Part shown: piece by piece, positions 29,781 to 41,322 of the stretch
Layout: each line of letters opens with the position of its first letter
Position numbering within the stretch: the first letter of the stretch is position 1
Assembly (NCBI GenBank): GCA_965215015.1
Contig: OZ244042.1
Coordinates: 3,648,001 to 3,712,000 of the forward strand
Direction of reading: 5' to 3'
DNA length: 64,000 bases
Source of the DNA: Candidatus Poribacteria bacterium
GTDB taxonomy: Bacteria; Poribacteria; WGA-4E; PCPOR2b
Translations under genes and position numbers: made by a program
Notes under the pieces: generated by a model
Database searches by the model: none
Told to the model about the DNA's origin: nothing
What the model saw: only the letters and a program-made list of their open reading frames with translations

Positions 29781-32330
29781 TCAAACCACGATATTCGCCA
29801 GTCGATTGGGAACAACGATAACCTTCCTCACCGTTTTTCCTTCAACATACTTCTGGATGCGTTCATCGGCGAGAACAGCCTCCTCAACTTCCTCATTACT
29901 GACGTCCACAGGAAGTTGGATTCGGCTGCGTAATTTTCCATTGACTTGGACGACGATGGTAACCTCCGCGCGCTTGAGGACTTCTGGATCGTAGCTGGGC
30001 CAAGGGGCGTGAGCAATCAGTTCAGTTTCCCCGAATCGCTCCCAAATCTCCTCGGCGATGTGTGGCGCGTAGGGTGCAAGCAACCGCAAGAACGTCTTCA
30101 TTGTTTCTCTGGGCACTGTTTTCGCCTGGGTCGCTGCATTGACAAACACCATCATGTGGCTAATGGCAGTGTTCATTTTGTCGATCGATTCCGTATCCTC
30201 AGCTACCTCCTTGATAGTCTGGTTTACTACTTTCCACAACTCTGAATCACTATCGCCAGGCGCATCGCTCAGCTTACTGCTCGGTTCGCCTGTGTCCTCA
30301 TCAATCGCCAGACGCCACACCCGCTGCAGAAATCGATAAACGCCCTCCACACCGCGCGTTTGCCACGGCGCACTGACGCTCAACGGACCAATAAACAGTT
30401 CATAGAGACGTAAAGCGTCTGCTCCATACGCATCAATGACCTCCTCCGGCGTTACGACATTGAACCGAGATTTTGACATCTTTTCAATCTGCGTATTCGT
30501 CCGTACGCCCGTCTCCTTGACGAACCATTCTCCATCCCGCTCCTCCACTTCGCTCGGCGAGTAATATTTGCCATTATCATCCTGATAGGAGTAAGCGAGG
30601 ATCATGCCCTGATTGAAGAGTTTCTGGAACGGTTCTTTCGTGGAGACAAGACCACAATCATACAGCACCTTATGCCAAAAGCGTGCGTAGAGCAGATGTA
30701 GGACAGCGTGTTCCACACCACCGACATAAAGATCTACAGGCATCCAGTAGTGCTCCGACTCGGTAGACCACGCTTCGGTTCCGTTATGGGCATCCATATA
30801 TCGCAGATAGTACCAGCAAGACCCCGCCCACTGTGGCATTGTATTCGTTTCCCGCATTCCTTTCCGTCCATCCGGCAGTGTGATCATCAACCAGTCATCC
30901 GAGGCACGGGCGAGAGGCGGTTTACCCTCCGGGGTTGGCTTATATTCATCGATAGGCGGTAATTTCACCGGCAGTTCGCTCTCAGGTACAGACATAATCG
31001 TACCATCTTCCAACTGCACAGTAGGGAAGGGTTCGCCCCAATAACGTTGGCGTGAGAACACCCAATCGCGCAAGCGGTACTGCACTTGTGCTCTTCCCTT
31101 CCCTTCCCTTTTAAGCCACTCAGTCATCCGCTCTTTTGAATCTTGAATATTAAGTCCATTCAGGAAACCACTGTTAATTGATGGACCATCGCCGAGGTAA
31201 GGTTTGTCTCCAAAATCACGCGGTGGTTGCACGGTGCGAACGATAGGCAGATTAAATGTTGTAGCGAATGCCCAGTCGCGATCATCTTCAGCGGGAACTG
31301 CCATGATTGCACCTGTACCATAACCCATCAGTACGTAATCGGCAACCCAAATTGGGATGGCTTTGTTGTTAGCGGGGTTAATCGCGTAAGTGCCCGTAAA
31401 AATGCCAGTTTTTTCTTTGGCGAGATCTGTCCGCTGCAGATCGGTTTTGTTTCTCGCCTCGTCAACGTAAGCCTGTACAGCTGCCCGATGCTCATCGGTC
31501 GTGATTTGTTCAACTAAGGGGTGCTCCGGTGCAAAAACGCAGTACGTTGCCCCGAACAGTGTATCCGGTCGCGTTGTAAAGACGGTAAATGATATATCGG
31601 TGTCCTTAATTACAAAATCTACCTCTACCCCCTCTGACTTCCCAATCCAATTCCGCTGCATCTCCTTGAGACCTTCGGGCCAATCCACATTTTCAATATC
31701 CTCTAGGAGCCGATCGGCATACGCAGTAATCTTCAGCATCCACTGGCGCATCAGTCTTCGTTCAACCGGGTCGCCGGTTTCAACGTACTTGCCATCTTTG
31801 ACCTCCTCGTTAGAGAGAACAGTCCCAAGTGCCGGACACCAGTTCACAGGCACATCTGCGAGGTACGCTAAGCCTTTCTCATAGAGTTTGAGGAAAATCC
31901 ACTGCGTCCATTTGTAGTAATCAGGCGACGAAGTGTTTATCTCTCTATCCCAATCGTATGAGAAACCGATCCGTTTAATCTGCTGACGAAATTTATCGAT
32001 GTTGCGTCGCGTGATAATTGCTGGATGAATATTCTCCCGATCGGCGGTACGTTCGGTATTTAGCCCAAACGAATCCCAACCCATTGGGTGTAGTACATTA
32101 TAGCCCTGCATACGTCTCATGCGCGCCAACACATCGGTAGCCGTATAGCCTTCGGGATGTCCAATATGGAGCCCTACACCGGAGGTATAAGGAAACATAT
32201 CGAGGATATAATACTTCGGCTTCCCTTCCCACGCCTTCGGATCGTCAGGTGTACGAAACGTCTTACGTTCCTCCCAAATATTTTGCCACTTCGGTTCAAT
32301 GGCTGCAGGGTCATAAGTATGTTTTTGCAT
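29781..32330 (-). CDS. leuS: Leucine--tRNA ligase
   Basis: [54 protein letters not shown]. Confidence 0.98.
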   Translation of the reverse strand: MQKHTYDPAAIEPKWQNIWEERKTFRTPDDPKAWEGKPKYYILDMFPYTSGVGLHIGHPEGYTATDVLARMRRMQGYNVLHPMGWDSFGLNTERTADRENIHPAIITRRNIDKFRQQIKRIGFSYDWDREINTSSPDYYKWTQWIFLKLYEKGLAYLADVPVNWCPALGTVLSNEEVKDGKYVETGDPVERRLMRQWMLKITAYADRLLEDIENVDWPEGLKEMQRNWIGKSEGVEVDFVIKDTDISFTVFTTRPDTLFGATYCVFAPEHPLVEQITTDEHRAAVQAYVDEARNKTDLQRTDLAKEKTGIFTGTYAINPANNKAIPIWVADYVLMGYGTGAIMAVPAEDDRDWAFATTFNLPIVRTVQPPRDFGDKPYLGDGPSINSGFLNGLNIQDSKERMTEWLKREGKGRAQVQYRLRDWVFSRQRYWGEPFPTVQLEDGTIMSVPESELPVKLPPIDEYKPTPEGKPPLARASDDWLMITLPDGRKGMRETNTMPQWAGSCWYYLRYMDAHNGTEAWSTESEHYWMPVDLYVGGVEHAVLHLLYARFWHKVLYDCGLVSTKEPFQKLFNQGMILAYSYQDDNGKYYSPSEVEERDGEWFVKETGVRTNTQIEKMSKSRFNVVTPEEVIDAYGADALRLYELFIGPLSVSAPWQTRGVEGVYRFLQRVWRLAIDEDTGEPSSKLSDAPGDSDSELWKVVNQTIKEVAEDTESIDKMNTAISHMMVFVNAATQAKTVPRETMKTFLRLLAPYAPHIAEEIWERFGETELIAHAPWPSYDPEVLKRAEVTIVVQVNGKLRSRIQLPVDVSNEEVEEAVLADERIQKYVEGKTVRKVIVVPNRLANIVV

Positions 32331-32436
32331 CTAAAATCTCCTCAAGTTATTTTATTTTGAACACGGGTAAGGTAGGATTGCGTGGATTTTTTTGCGGTGC
32401 CCCGTTTACAGTGTAATATTGCGGTCCTAATTCGCT

Positions 32437-32554
32437 TTATTAAAAATCCTTTAGGGGTAAACCCCATGCCCCTCCGCTTGCGGGGTTGCATCCCCCTTTG
32501 CGTCCTCCCTCCGCTTGCGGGGGGACCGAGGGGGGTAAAGGTTTCAACCCATTT
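32437..32554. repeat. CCCCGCAAGCGG-family element, copy 2 (inverted)
   Basis: Reverse complement of 246-362. Confidence 0.85.
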
Positions 32555-32634
32555 TGGAAGGAAACACCTGTTTGAAAGCAGGAAGGAATTGGAAAACTCA
32601 ATTTTCACATGAAAGGACTTAACCTGCATCATAT

Positions 32635-33063
32635 TTAAGCTTGGAGCAGCTCTACACTCACGCCATCAGGGGCATTAAGATAGGCAATGCTACCCCCCCA
32701 AGTACTTCCAATCGAATCATGAGGCTCAATGGAGAAGGTGGCCCCCTTTTTCTTAAGACTGTTACAGAATTTAGTGAGGTCTCCATGTACACGGAAGGCA
32801 AAGTGATCCGTGCCCCACTCATTGTGGCTGGCAAAATCCCCGAAAGACTGTATACTGTTTGTTCTGTCCGGATGCTCACCCGGCCGCCGCCCGCGGATAA
32901 GGATAGTTATCCCCTCGAAAACAACAGCAATCTGAGGGGCACCACGGAGCTCGTACGTCTCGGCGACTTTGCCTCCCAGCATGTCCGCGTACCACGCTGC
33001 AGAGGATTGCGGATCCTCACTGATGATGTGGATGTGCTCAAAAATGAGACTGGTATCAGCCAT
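32635..33063 (-). CDS. VOC/glyoxalase family protein
   Basis: FEHIHI, WY..MLG, DHFAF.V, APDGVSVEL; AGGA RBS before ATG 33063. Confidence 0.85.
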   Translation of the reverse strand: MADTSLIFEHIHIISEDPQSSAAWYADMLGGKVAETYELRGAPQIAVVFEGITILIRGRRPGEHPDRTNSIQSFGDFASHNEWGTDHFAFRVHGDLTKFCNSLKKKGATFSIEPHDSIGSTWGGSIAYLNAPDGVSVELLQA

Positions 33064-33147
33064 AACGGTTTTCCTTTCCTGACTCTCCTGCCTCAATGCA
33101 ATTGGGGCCTTCACAAGCCCCCATTTGCTTGAATTGGACTGAAAGGG

Positions 33148-33972
33148 TTATGTGAGGTTTCTGACCGAACGGTCAGCAATCGCCGCCTCGCCCAGGTGTT
33201 CTCGCATCCACTCACGAAGCGGAACATCTTCGTTCTTCGGTGTCGTTAGCCCTAAATTGCCTGTTTTCGATCCGAGTAACTGGCGTCGAATCGGATCGCA
33301 TCGATCCATGTAATGAGAGACGGTCATCTCATCTCTCGGATGGAACCATCGGAGACTGTAGCCGACGAATAGCACCTTTCGCGTAATATCCGAGAAATTC
33401 CATCCACCCGCGTGCCAAATCCGCCGATCGAAGATGACAGCGGTGCCCGCAGGGACCCGAACTTCATGTGCATCTGGCGGATTTGAAACGCCATCGGCGG
33501 GGTATTCAACTTCATCTATTAGATGGCTGCCGGGGATGACACTAAAGTTGCCGCGCCCCCCTTCAGAAACATCAGTCAGGAAATAACCCACCTTGACGGA
33601 AATACGCGGTGCGGGTATCGTTTCAATGTCCAAACTCACACGCCCACTGTCCTGATGCCAATGAATACGCTTTTTTGAGGGTCGATCTTCCAAGGGCACC
33701 GGAGGGGTAACTGTGATGTGCGTGTGGTACAGGTGGATGTTCCAACCGAGGATGCCCCATACTTTGGGAAGGGTTCGGTGCCAATCAATCAGCTCTAAAA
33801 ATCGATCGTCTTTCCCTATGAAGTCCACGCCGGGTTTCACACTGTCTACCGCTTCGATGAGACCCTCAACCATTGGAGCTGGCAGGGCATTATCGACTAC
33901 AACGAATCCGTCTCGCTCAAATTGAGCGTGTTCTTCCTCTGTCAGAAGGTGCTGCAAGCATTGGGGGTCCAT
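33148..33972 (-). CDS. Phytanoyl-CoA dioxygenase (PhyH) family protein
   Basis: F..DGF, WHQD, VIPGSH, AG....FD.R.WH. Confidence 0.9.
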   Translation of the reverse strand: MDPQCLQHLLTEEEHAQFERDGFVVVDNALPAPMVEGLIEAVDSVKPGVDFIGKDDRFLELIDWHRTLPKVWGILGWNIHLYHTHITVTPPVPLEDRPSKKRIHWHQDSGRVSLDIETIPAPRISVKVGYFLTDVSEGGRGNFSVIPGSHLIDEVEYPADGVSNPPDAHEVRVPAGTAVIFDRRIWHAGGWNFSDITRKVLFVGYSLRWFHPRDEMTVSHYMDRCDPIRRQLLGSKTGNLGLTTPKNEDVPLREWMREHLGEAAIADRSVRNLT

Positions 33973-34079
33973 GATAATCTCCTCATAAATACGTTATAAC
34001 ATTTCATGTTATCCTTGACTACTTGACCGCATTCATTGCGTCAAGCCAAAGGTCAAAGCCGAATAGACAGCTCTAACTC

Positions 34080-35156
34080 TCATACTTGGTATCGTTCCAC
34101 GTCGGTGGGTTCGACAAAATCTTCACTCAGGGAGACGTTCAACTGCTCCGCCCACGTCTGAAGTTGACTATAGATGGTATCAGGAACGTTAATACCGTTA
34201 GCAAGTCGCTGAGACCGGGAATGGGATTCAAAATCCCCCGGAACCAGCACCTCGTCAAAGCCGGGTGCCGACGGTATGGCCTTAATGCCGTCGAGAAACG
34301 CACGGACACCGCGCTGATACGGCTCCAACGGCGTAAATGTGTTAATGTTAATCACCTGTATTAACGTACTGCTCCCCATGGAAGCGTTCTCAATATCAAA
34401 GGCGCCAGACAAGCCAGCCAACAGGCATGTGAGGAGGGAGAATGCGTATCCTTTATGCCCCCCGAACGTTAGCAGAGATCCTCCATCGCTAAAATCCGCC
34501 GTTTTGACGCTAGGGTTGCCATGCTTATCCACAATACAACCTTCGGGCAGGTCAACCCCCAAGCTTTGAGCGACCGAGATTTTGCCGCCAGCGATCATAC
34601 TCGTGGCAAAATCGATGATGAACGGACTGGCGTCCCCGGTTGGCACACCGACTGCGATTGGATTCGTGCCCAATGCTCCACGCGCCCCTCCGAAAGGCAC
34701 AGTGCCGCCTCTGCCCCTTGAACCGCCGCCATAGGTGATGATGCCGATACACCCCGCCTGTGCCGCTTCTTCTGCATACTCACCGAGTCGTCCGATATGC
34801 CCGGTGTTGACAAAACTCACAGCGCAGTTATCCGCAGCCTTTGCCTTCTCAATCGCCCGTTCCATCGCCCGTCGAGCGGTGTAGTGTCCAAAACCGCTCC
34901 TCCCGTCAATGCGGAAGGTATTGGCTGTCTCGTTGGATACCTCCGGTTCAGCGGCAGGCAGAATCCCACCATTTGAGATGCTATCCAGATAGTTGGGGAG
35001 GCGGAGTACACCATGCGAGTCGTGCCCGGCGAGGTTGGCGTTGACCAAGATTTCTGCGACAACCTCAGCGATGTGATGCGGCGTATCCGCCGCCATTGTC
35101 AGGTGCCGTATCACTGCATGTAGATGGCTTGCGTTGAAACAGTGCATTTCTGCCAT
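34080..35156 (-). CDS. Ldh_2 family oxidoreductase (malate/lactate/ureidoglycolate dehydrogenase type 2)
   Basis: A.L.GHDSHG..R, H.GRLGEY, GTNPIA, DFATS, FGGHKGY. Confidence 0.9.
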   Translation of the reverse strand: MAEMHCFNASHLHAVIRHLTMAADTPHHIAEVVAEILVNANLAGHDSHGVLRLPNYLDSISNGGILPAAEPEVSNETANTFRIDGRSGFGHYTARRAMERAIEKAKAADNCAVSFVNTGHIGRLGEYAEEAAQAGCIGIITYGGGSRGRGGTVPFGGARGALGTNPIAVGVPTGDASPFIIDFATSMIAGGKISVAQSLGVDLPEGCIVDKHGNPSVKTADFSDGGSLLTFGGHKGYAFSLLTCLLAGLSGAFDIENASMGSSTLIQVININTFTPLEPYQRGVRAFLDGIKAIPSAPGFDEVLVPGDFESHSRSQRLANGINVPDTIYSQLQTWAEQLNVSLSEDFVEPTDVERYQV

Positions 35157-35258
35157 AGTTTTTACTCCTTCTCCGTTATCGCTCAGTGAGATCGAACTAC
35201 ATTAGTCTTGGTAAATATCATACACAAGAATCAAGCACCTGTCAACACCCAAAATACT

Positions 35259-36597
35259 CTCACTTACCCCCATTTTTTTTAGAGTTGTAATGTTGGTTGT
35301 TTTTGAGAGGTCTAGATGTGAGAAAGGGTTATCAAATATGGTAAAATACCTCCCTGTATAAAATAACCATTGTTTTACACAAGGAGGTATTATGAAAGGC
35401 ACCCACCGCCATAAGCGGGTGAATCCCAGTTCTATGATAACCACTCTGACCGAGATTTTCAACCCCGTATTGAAAAAACCGGCGTTAAAAAACCGGATAC
35501 TCACGATCCTAGCCATTGTGTTGGCCCAGAAGTTTCGGATAAACGAAATAGCTTTACGCTTGCCAGTAGCCGTCAAACATCAAAAGACGAAACAGAAACG
35601 CCTGCTTCGATTCTTAGCTCGTCGCTTTCCTATTGACGCGGTGATGGGGTGCTGGTTGGGCTTTGTGCTCCGCCGGGTCTGTGAACGTCACGCCGGACGC
35701 CGGTTGATTTTAGTGGATGAAACCCAGGTGTTTGGCCATTTCAAAGCGATTGTTGCCGCGGTGCCGTTCCGCCGCCGGGCGGTTCCTATCTACTGGCACC
35801 TCTACACCGATGCTGAGATTCAACAGTTGACCTATACCAGCCATAATGAGATTATCCAACGCTTTTGTCTCACACTGTATCAAAAGACAGAAGCGATTTT
35901 ACCGCCCCCGTGTGAAGCCACGTTGATATTCGATAGAGGCTTCGCGCGTGCTAAATATGTGATAAAGTTTCTCAAGACACAACGGATTCCGTTTATCATC
36001 CGCGTGTGTCGTAACGCGCGCATGACCGTCTGGGGCACTGTTAAAAAGGCAGAACAGTTGCAGGAAACGGGGTTCTATCCACAGATTCTCTATCACTTAA
36101 CCGAGCCGATTCGACTCAACCTGTATGTCGTCAGAGAGGCGCGGTTGGCTGAACCGATGTATCTGATTTCAAGTCATCTGACGGGGCGTCAAATATACCA
36201 CTATTATAAGCGAAGAATGCAGATTGAACACGGCTTTCGGGACATCAAGACCGGTTTTGGCTTTGGCAGCTTGAGACTCAAAAAACCGTCAAAAGCCCGC
36301 ATCAACCTGTTATGGCTCTTAGCTTGTATCAGTTATGGCTTACTGTTTATCACCTATCAAAAGTCAGGCGATCGATGGGCAAAAACATTCAACACACGGA
36401 CAAAAATATACTCACTCATTACCGTGATAAAGCGAGTGGTGGCTGAGGCGTGGAGCGGGTGGTGTCTCAATCCATGGTTCACACTCCCACTGTGCAGGGG
36501 AGATACATGCAAACACCCTTAATGACAGGTATTCTCACTATCCTAAATCATAAAAATATCTCAAATCTATAACCAAAAAAAAATGGGGGTAAATGAA
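35259..36597 (+). mobile_element. Intact IS4-like insertion sequence (1339 bp)
   Basis: Terminal IRs CTCACTTACCCCCATTTTTTT and AAAAAAATGGGGGTAAATGAA; 10-bp target duplication CCAAAATACT at 35249-35258 and 36598-36607. Confidence 0.92.
35392..36522 (+). CDS. DDE transposase (IS4-like)
   Basis: LVDET, FDRGF, Y..R..IE..FRD.K (YREK motif); GGAGG RBS sits in a hairpin at 35345-35391. Confidence 0.92.
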   Translation: MKGTHRHKRVNPSSMITTLTEIFNPVLKKPALKNRILTILAIVLAQKFRINEIALRLPVAVKHQKTKQKRLLRFLARRFPIDAVMGCWLGFVLRRVCERHAGRRLILVDETQVFGHFKAIVAAVPFRRRAVPIYWHLYTDAEIQQLTYTSHNEIIQRFCLTLYQKTEAILPPPCEATLIFDRGFARAKYVIKFLKTQRIPFIIRVCRNARMTVWGTVKKAEQLQETGFYPQILYHLTEPIRLNLYVVREARLAEPMYLISSHLTGRQIYHYYKRRMQIEHGFRDIKTGFGFGSLRLKKPSKARINLLWLLACISYGLLFITYQKSGDRWAKTFNTRTKIYSLITVIKRVVAEAWSGWCLNPWFTLPLCRGDTCKHP

Positions 36598-37118
36598 CCA
36601 AAATACTAGAGACCTATATTAAAAGAGAGTGTAAAATGCTAAAAGCGTGAAACGTGATGTCCCGATCGGGAGAACACCCGGAACATCGCGCGATGTCCCG
36701 GGTTGATTGAGCCAAGATTATAGCGCGATAGTGTCTAGTATCTTTGTAAGCCTCTGATGAATCGGATCCAACGATACAGGCACGTGAAACGTGAAAAACA
36801 TATGTTCATTAGTTCATTGATGCAGTCAGGCGGAGAAGCTCGACCTAGGAGGCTCAAAAAAACAGTCAAAAGCGCAAAACGAAACCGAGTTTTTGACAAT
36901 AAGGAATAACAATCGTTGTTCCCTACGGTTTCCGGTGCATTATTTCTTAACATGAGCCATGCTAGAAAGATGAGCAAAATGTTGAACCTGTACCCGCTTT
37001 GTGAGCTTCTATCCGTTCTCGATTTTTGTTCTAAATCTCTCGCCGTTTTGATATACTTCTTAAGAGACTATGCCACCCGCAACCACGTCCACGATTTTGA
37101 AACCGTTGGAGACTTCTT

Positions 37119-38744
37119 ATGGATGCACTAGATGGAACAGCACTTAACGGATTACCCATCAGCCACGAACATATTACGGCTATCAATCGGCAGCGTCGAA
37201 TTATCTTCCAAGACGATGTATTGGCTAACGATGTATTTAGGACTGACGAAGTTGGGACAGAACGGCTAGATAAGATTATTGACTTCTACATGAGTCGCCT
37301 TGATGAACAACCCAACCAAATCGATAGCATTTGGTTTGAATGGGGGGAAGGGAACACAGCGGTTTGGCCCAGTCAGCTGATACCCTGTACGGAAAATGTC
37401 TTTCCGAGATGGTGGGCAGCTGGCATCGATCCAGTGGAGGTTCTCTTGACCGAGGCAAAGAAGCGCGGGCGCGAGGTTTTCTTTTCGTACCGAATCAATG
37501 GATCCGACAACGATGCCCTATTCGATCCGCCCCATCCGTTCGATCAGCCGATTCCGTTAAAAGCGGAGCATCCAGACTGGCTAATCCGCAAATGGCACCC
37601 CTATTGGAATTTTTCCTTCAAAGGGGTTCGTGACTTGAAGCTAGACGTGGTGCGCGAAGTAGCGGAGATGTACGACTTCGACGGTATCCATATCGATTTC
37701 GCACGTATCCCGGTGTTGTTCCCGGAGGAGCAATGGTTGCACCGTGATATACTGAGCGACTTCATGCGTGATATACGCACTACGTTGCTTGACGTTGAGG
37801 CCAAACGAGGGCGACCGCTCCTGCTCGCAGCCCGTGTGACGGAAGATCTTATGGGGTGTCATTTTGACGGTATGGACGTGGAAACTTGGGTGCGGGATTT
37901 TTTGGTCGATATCCTCGTCATTGGCACACGCACAGCAAACGCGGACCTCACCCCTTTTCGTCATATCACCAAGGACACCCCCATCAAACTCTACCCAAGT
38001 TGGGATGACCATCACTCTTCCGATGGGTATAGGGAGCCGGATCTGGAAATCTGGCGTGGTGTCTGCGCTAACTGGTGGCGTCAAAATCCTGATGGCATGC
38101 ACACTTTCAATTTAATGGTCTCCTCCCCACAATCGGCACAAAATCTGGGGATGAGCCCCTCCGCTAGATGGGAAACACAGCGCAAAGTCTTCAGTGAAAT
38201 CGGCAGTCCCGAAACGCTCAAAGGGGTAGACAAAGTGTTTTTCGTTGAGCGGCGCGGAGGCGGGCACGCTGAATACGTCGTGCCATCGCCGGCGAACTGG
38301 CACACTCCAAGGCACATGTATTTCCAGACCAACATGCTGGCAGCCTTGCCTGCGGGATTAGCAGATGATGGTGGAGAGGATACGCTGCTCATCTTGGACG
38401 TGGCAGATGATGTGAACGCCGCAGCAGCAAAAATCGATCAGATAACGCTGCAAATCGCTATCTCCAATGGAGCCGGTGAAGCTGTGTTTCTGAACAAAAG
38501 ACTTGAGGAGATTGGAACACGGGTTGAGGTAAGACTGAACAATATATTGCTAGACACCCCTCACACTGAGACAGTAGAGACCTCGAAGGAACATGCTTTC
38601 AAGAACTGGCTGATTTTCACCGTATCCCCGCGTTACCTTGCAGTAGGTGCCAACCTCGTCGGTGTGAGATTGAGTCAACAATTACCTACTGTTTTCGGTC
38701 GTATCCAGATTGAAAAACTTGAACTACATATCCGCTACAAGTAG
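37119..38744 (+). CDS. Putative glycoside hydrolase-like TIM-barrel protein (GHL10-like)
   Basis: FSYRIN, HPDW, YDFDGIHIDF, G.DVETWV motifs; family assignment approximate. Confidence 0.6.
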   Translation: MDALDGTALNGLPISHEHITAINRQRRIIFQDDVLANDVFRTDEVGTERLDKIIDFYMSRLDEQPNQIDSIWFEWGEGNTAVWPSQLIPCTENVFPRWWAAGIDPVEVLLTEAKKRGREVFFSYRINGSDNDALFDPPHPFDQPIPLKAEHPDWLIRKWHPYWNFSFKGVRDLKLDVVREVAEMYDFDGIHIDFARIPVLFPEEQWLHRDILSDFMRDIRTTLLDVEAKRGRPLLLAARVTEDLMGCHFDGMDVETWVRDFLVDILVIGTRTANADLTPFRHITKDTPIKLYPSWDDHHSSDGYREPDLEIWRGVCANWWRQNPDGMHTFNLMVSSPQSAQNLGMSPSARWETQRKVFSEIGSPETLKGVDKVFFVERRGGGHAEYVVPSPANWHTPRHMYFQTNMLAALPAGLADDGGEDTLLILDVADDVNAAAAKIDQITLQIAISNGAGEAVFLNKRLEEIGTRVEVRLNNILLDTPHTETVETSKEHAFKNWLIFTVSPRYLAVGANLVGVRLSQQLPTVFGRIQIEKLELHIRYK

Positions 38745-38943
38745 AGCGTGTTGACACTTTACTCACGCGAATTTGGTAAATGCTGTAATATTGTACTATC
38801 CACCCCAAACCGAGATGGTTGTCCTAAGGCATCTCTAGGGGCATTAAGATTGAGTTAATCCGTCAAATGCCAACAGGACCTGGTGTTTCCACTTTGATCG
38901 GTTGGTAGACGGACTAACCCACAAACCGCTGTCAAACTCGCTG
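38744..38943. mobile_element. Possible ~200-bp MITE with IS5-like ends
   Basis: GAGCGTGTTGACA ... TGTCAAACTCGCTG imperfect IR, flanked by TA on both sides. Confidence 0.35.
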
Positions 38944-39034
38944 TATATATTTGAAAGGGACCCTCATAACTTTATCAGAAAATACGAAGGTAGAAATTCT
39001 CAACTACCACTGCAAATCACCAAATGAGGAAATT

Positions 39035-40318
39035 ATGACCACAACTGAATTACTTGCGCGCCGTGAACGACTGTTGGGCACTGGAACACCACTTTTCTAC
39101 CAAGAAGCGGTGAACATCGTGCGGGGAGAAGGGGTCTGGCTGTTTGATGACGATGGGCATTGCTATCTTGATATGTACAACAATGTACCTTGTGTCGGGC
39201 ATTGCCACCCGTATGTGGTCGAGGCAATGTACCGGCAGGCAAAGACGCTCAACGTCCACAGCCGCTATCTGCACGAAGGTGTCCTCGACTATGCGGAACG
39301 GTTGACCAACTGCCACGCTGAGGGATTGGCAAGTGTTGTGTTCACCTGCACCGGAACGGAAGCCAATGAAGTTGCCATGAACATGGCTCGCATTACAACC
39401 GGTGGTCGGGGGATTATCTGCACTGACGCTGCATACCACGGTAACAGCACCGAAGTTGGCAAGCTCACACGCGCTAGGGATGGGGATCCTGAGATTCGTG
39501 CTATTCCATATCCGCAGCGTTATCGTCCGTTACGAGAAGATGTGTCCGAAGCCGAACTGACCAATCTCTACCTCTCAGAAGTTCGCACAGCGATCGACAG
39601 TTTTGCCGCCAATAATATCCCCTTCGCAGGCATGTTGGTTTGTCCTATCCTCGCCAACGAGGGGTTGCCCGATATCCCGAACGGTTTTATGCCGCAAGCA
39701 GCCGAAGTGGTTCGTGATGCAGGTGGGTTGTTCATTGCGGACGAAGTACAGGCAGGCTTCTGCCGAACTGGTAGGTGGTGGGGTTATGAGGTGATGGATT
39801 TCGTTCCAGACATCGTTACAATGGGCAAACCGATGGGGAACGGGCTGCCTCTGGCTGGGACCGTTGCGAGAACGGAACTGGTGGATGCTTTCCGCGAAAG
39901 GAAACGCTACTTCAACACCTTTGCCGCCAGTCCGTTACAGGCAGCGGCAGGTATGGCGGTATTAGAGGTAATCGAAGTCGAAAACTTGCGGCAGAACGTC
40001 GCCCATGTCGGGGACTACCTTCGTGCCGAGCTGATCAAACTCCAACTACACTGCCCACCTATGGCAGAAATTCGAGGACACGGTTTGTTCATCGGGTTGG
40101 AGTGGGTGAGTGACCGCGATACCAAAACCCCTGACCGCGACGGTGCCACACTATTCGTTAATCGCTTAAAGGATAAGGGTTTCCTCATCGGCAGTGCCGG
40201 ATCGCTTGGCAATATTCTCAAGATTCGGCCGCCGTTGGTGTTTTCTCGTGAACACGCGAATCTGTTCCTCACCGCGTTTGCGGAGATTGTGGAGGATATC
40301 TATGGCAACGGTTCTTGA
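39035..40318 (+). CDS. Class III PLP aminotransferase/phospho-lyase (AGXT2L-like)
   Basis: YLDMYNNV..VGH, GTEAN, AYHG, IADEVQAGF.RTG, PDIVTMGKPMGNG, YFNTF, KIRPPL. Confidence 0.9.
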   Translation: MTTTELLARRERLLGTGTPLFYQEAVNIVRGEGVWLFDDDGHCYLDMYNNVPCVGHCHPYVVEAMYRQAKTLNVHSRYLHEGVLDYAERLTNCHAEGLASVVFTCTGTEANEVAMNMARITTGGRGIICTDAAYHGNSTEVGKLTRARDGDPEIRAIPYPQRYRPLREDVSEAELTNLYLSEVRTAIDSFAANNIPFAGMLVCPILANEGLPDIPNGFMPQAAEVVRDAGGLFIADEVQAGFCRTGRWWGYEVMDFVPDIVTMGKPMGNGLPLAGTVARTELVDAFRERKRYFNTFAASPLQAAAGMAVLEVIEVENLRQNVAHVGDYLRAELIKLQLHCPPMAEIRGHGLFIGLEWVSDRDTKTPDRDGATLFVNRLKDKGFLIGSAGSLGNILKIRPPLVFSREHANLFLTAFAEIVEDIYGNGS

Positions 40319-41294
40319 CCACGCGACGTTGCGAGCAATCGCCGAGCGGGCGTTGGGCGAGTGGGACATCTCCGCCGCGAAGCTAGAACTGATCTCCATC
40401 TCTGAAAACACCGTGTTTCGTGTTGATACCGACAGCAACCAAACCTATGTCCTTCGCATCCACCGACCGGGCTATCATAGTCTTGCGGAATTGAACTCCG
40501 AGCAACAGTGGGCAGCCGCGTTAAAACAAGCGGGCATAGGTGTACCGTTACCACGGTTGACCTGTGAGGGTTGTGGCTACGCAACAGTCCCCGTGCCCGG
40601 CTCGACGGAGATTCGACACGTTGGACTCGTTGAATGGTTCGAGGGGATAACGCTTTCGAGCATCATGGCACAGGCACCCGATATGCAGACTTTAGCGTTG
40701 CATTTTAACCAACTTGGACGCATCGCCGCCAGAATCCACAATCAAGCAGTCAACTGGCAGATTCCGGAGGATTTCCAACGACACGCCTTTGATGCAGAGG
40801 GATTGATGGGAGATACCCCCTTCTGGGGGCCCTTTTGGGTTCTACCAGAGCTAAAGGAGACAGAGCGAAATCATATTCTCAATGCTCGGCGCGCCATCTA
40901 TCGCACCTTGTCTGACTACGGCAAAGAGGGAGGAACCTATAGCTTAATCCATGCGGACCTGCACCCCCATAATCTGCTTGTAAACGGCGACCAGCTGCAC
41001 GTAATCGACTTTGACGACGCCGGTTTCGGCTGGCACCAGTACGAAATTGCTGTCGCGCTCGACGCCTATCGGAAGCCACCCCATTTCGAGGTAGCCCGCG
41101 ACGCACTGATTGCCGGCTACCGATCGGAGCGGCCTCTCTCCGACACAGCGATTAAATTACTCCCTATGTTTCTGTTAATCCGGTCGCTGGCACTGCTAGG
41201 TTGGCTTCATGAGCGCCCCGAGCACAATAGAGGCGATCGGGTGCGGAATCTAATCCAGTCCGCTTGTAGACAAGCGGAAGCACTGGGTATCTAA
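40302..41294 (+). CDS. APH/choline kinase-family phosphotransferase
   Basis: SEN..F, LRIHR, Brenner motif IHADLH..N, IDFDD; GGAGG RBS; overlaps the upstream gene. Confidence 0.88.
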   Translation: MATVLDHATLRAIAERALGEWDISAAKLELISISENTVFRVDTDSNQTYVLRIHRPGYHSLAELNSEQQWAAALKQAGIGVPLPRLTCEGCGYATVPVPGSTEIRHVGLVEWFEGITLSSIMAQAPDMQTLALHFNQLGRIAARIHNQAVNWQIPEDFQRHAFDAEGLMGDTPFWGPFWVLPELKETERNHILNARRAIYRTLSDYGKEGGTYSLIHADLHPHNLLVNGDQLHVIDFDDAGFGWHQYEIAVALDAYRKPPHFEVARDALIAGYRSERPLSDTAIKLLPMFLLIRSLALLGWLHERPEHNRGDRVRNLIQSACRQAEALGI

Positions 41295-41322
41295 CACCAA
41301 TTCAATAGGCTGCAATCGGCAT

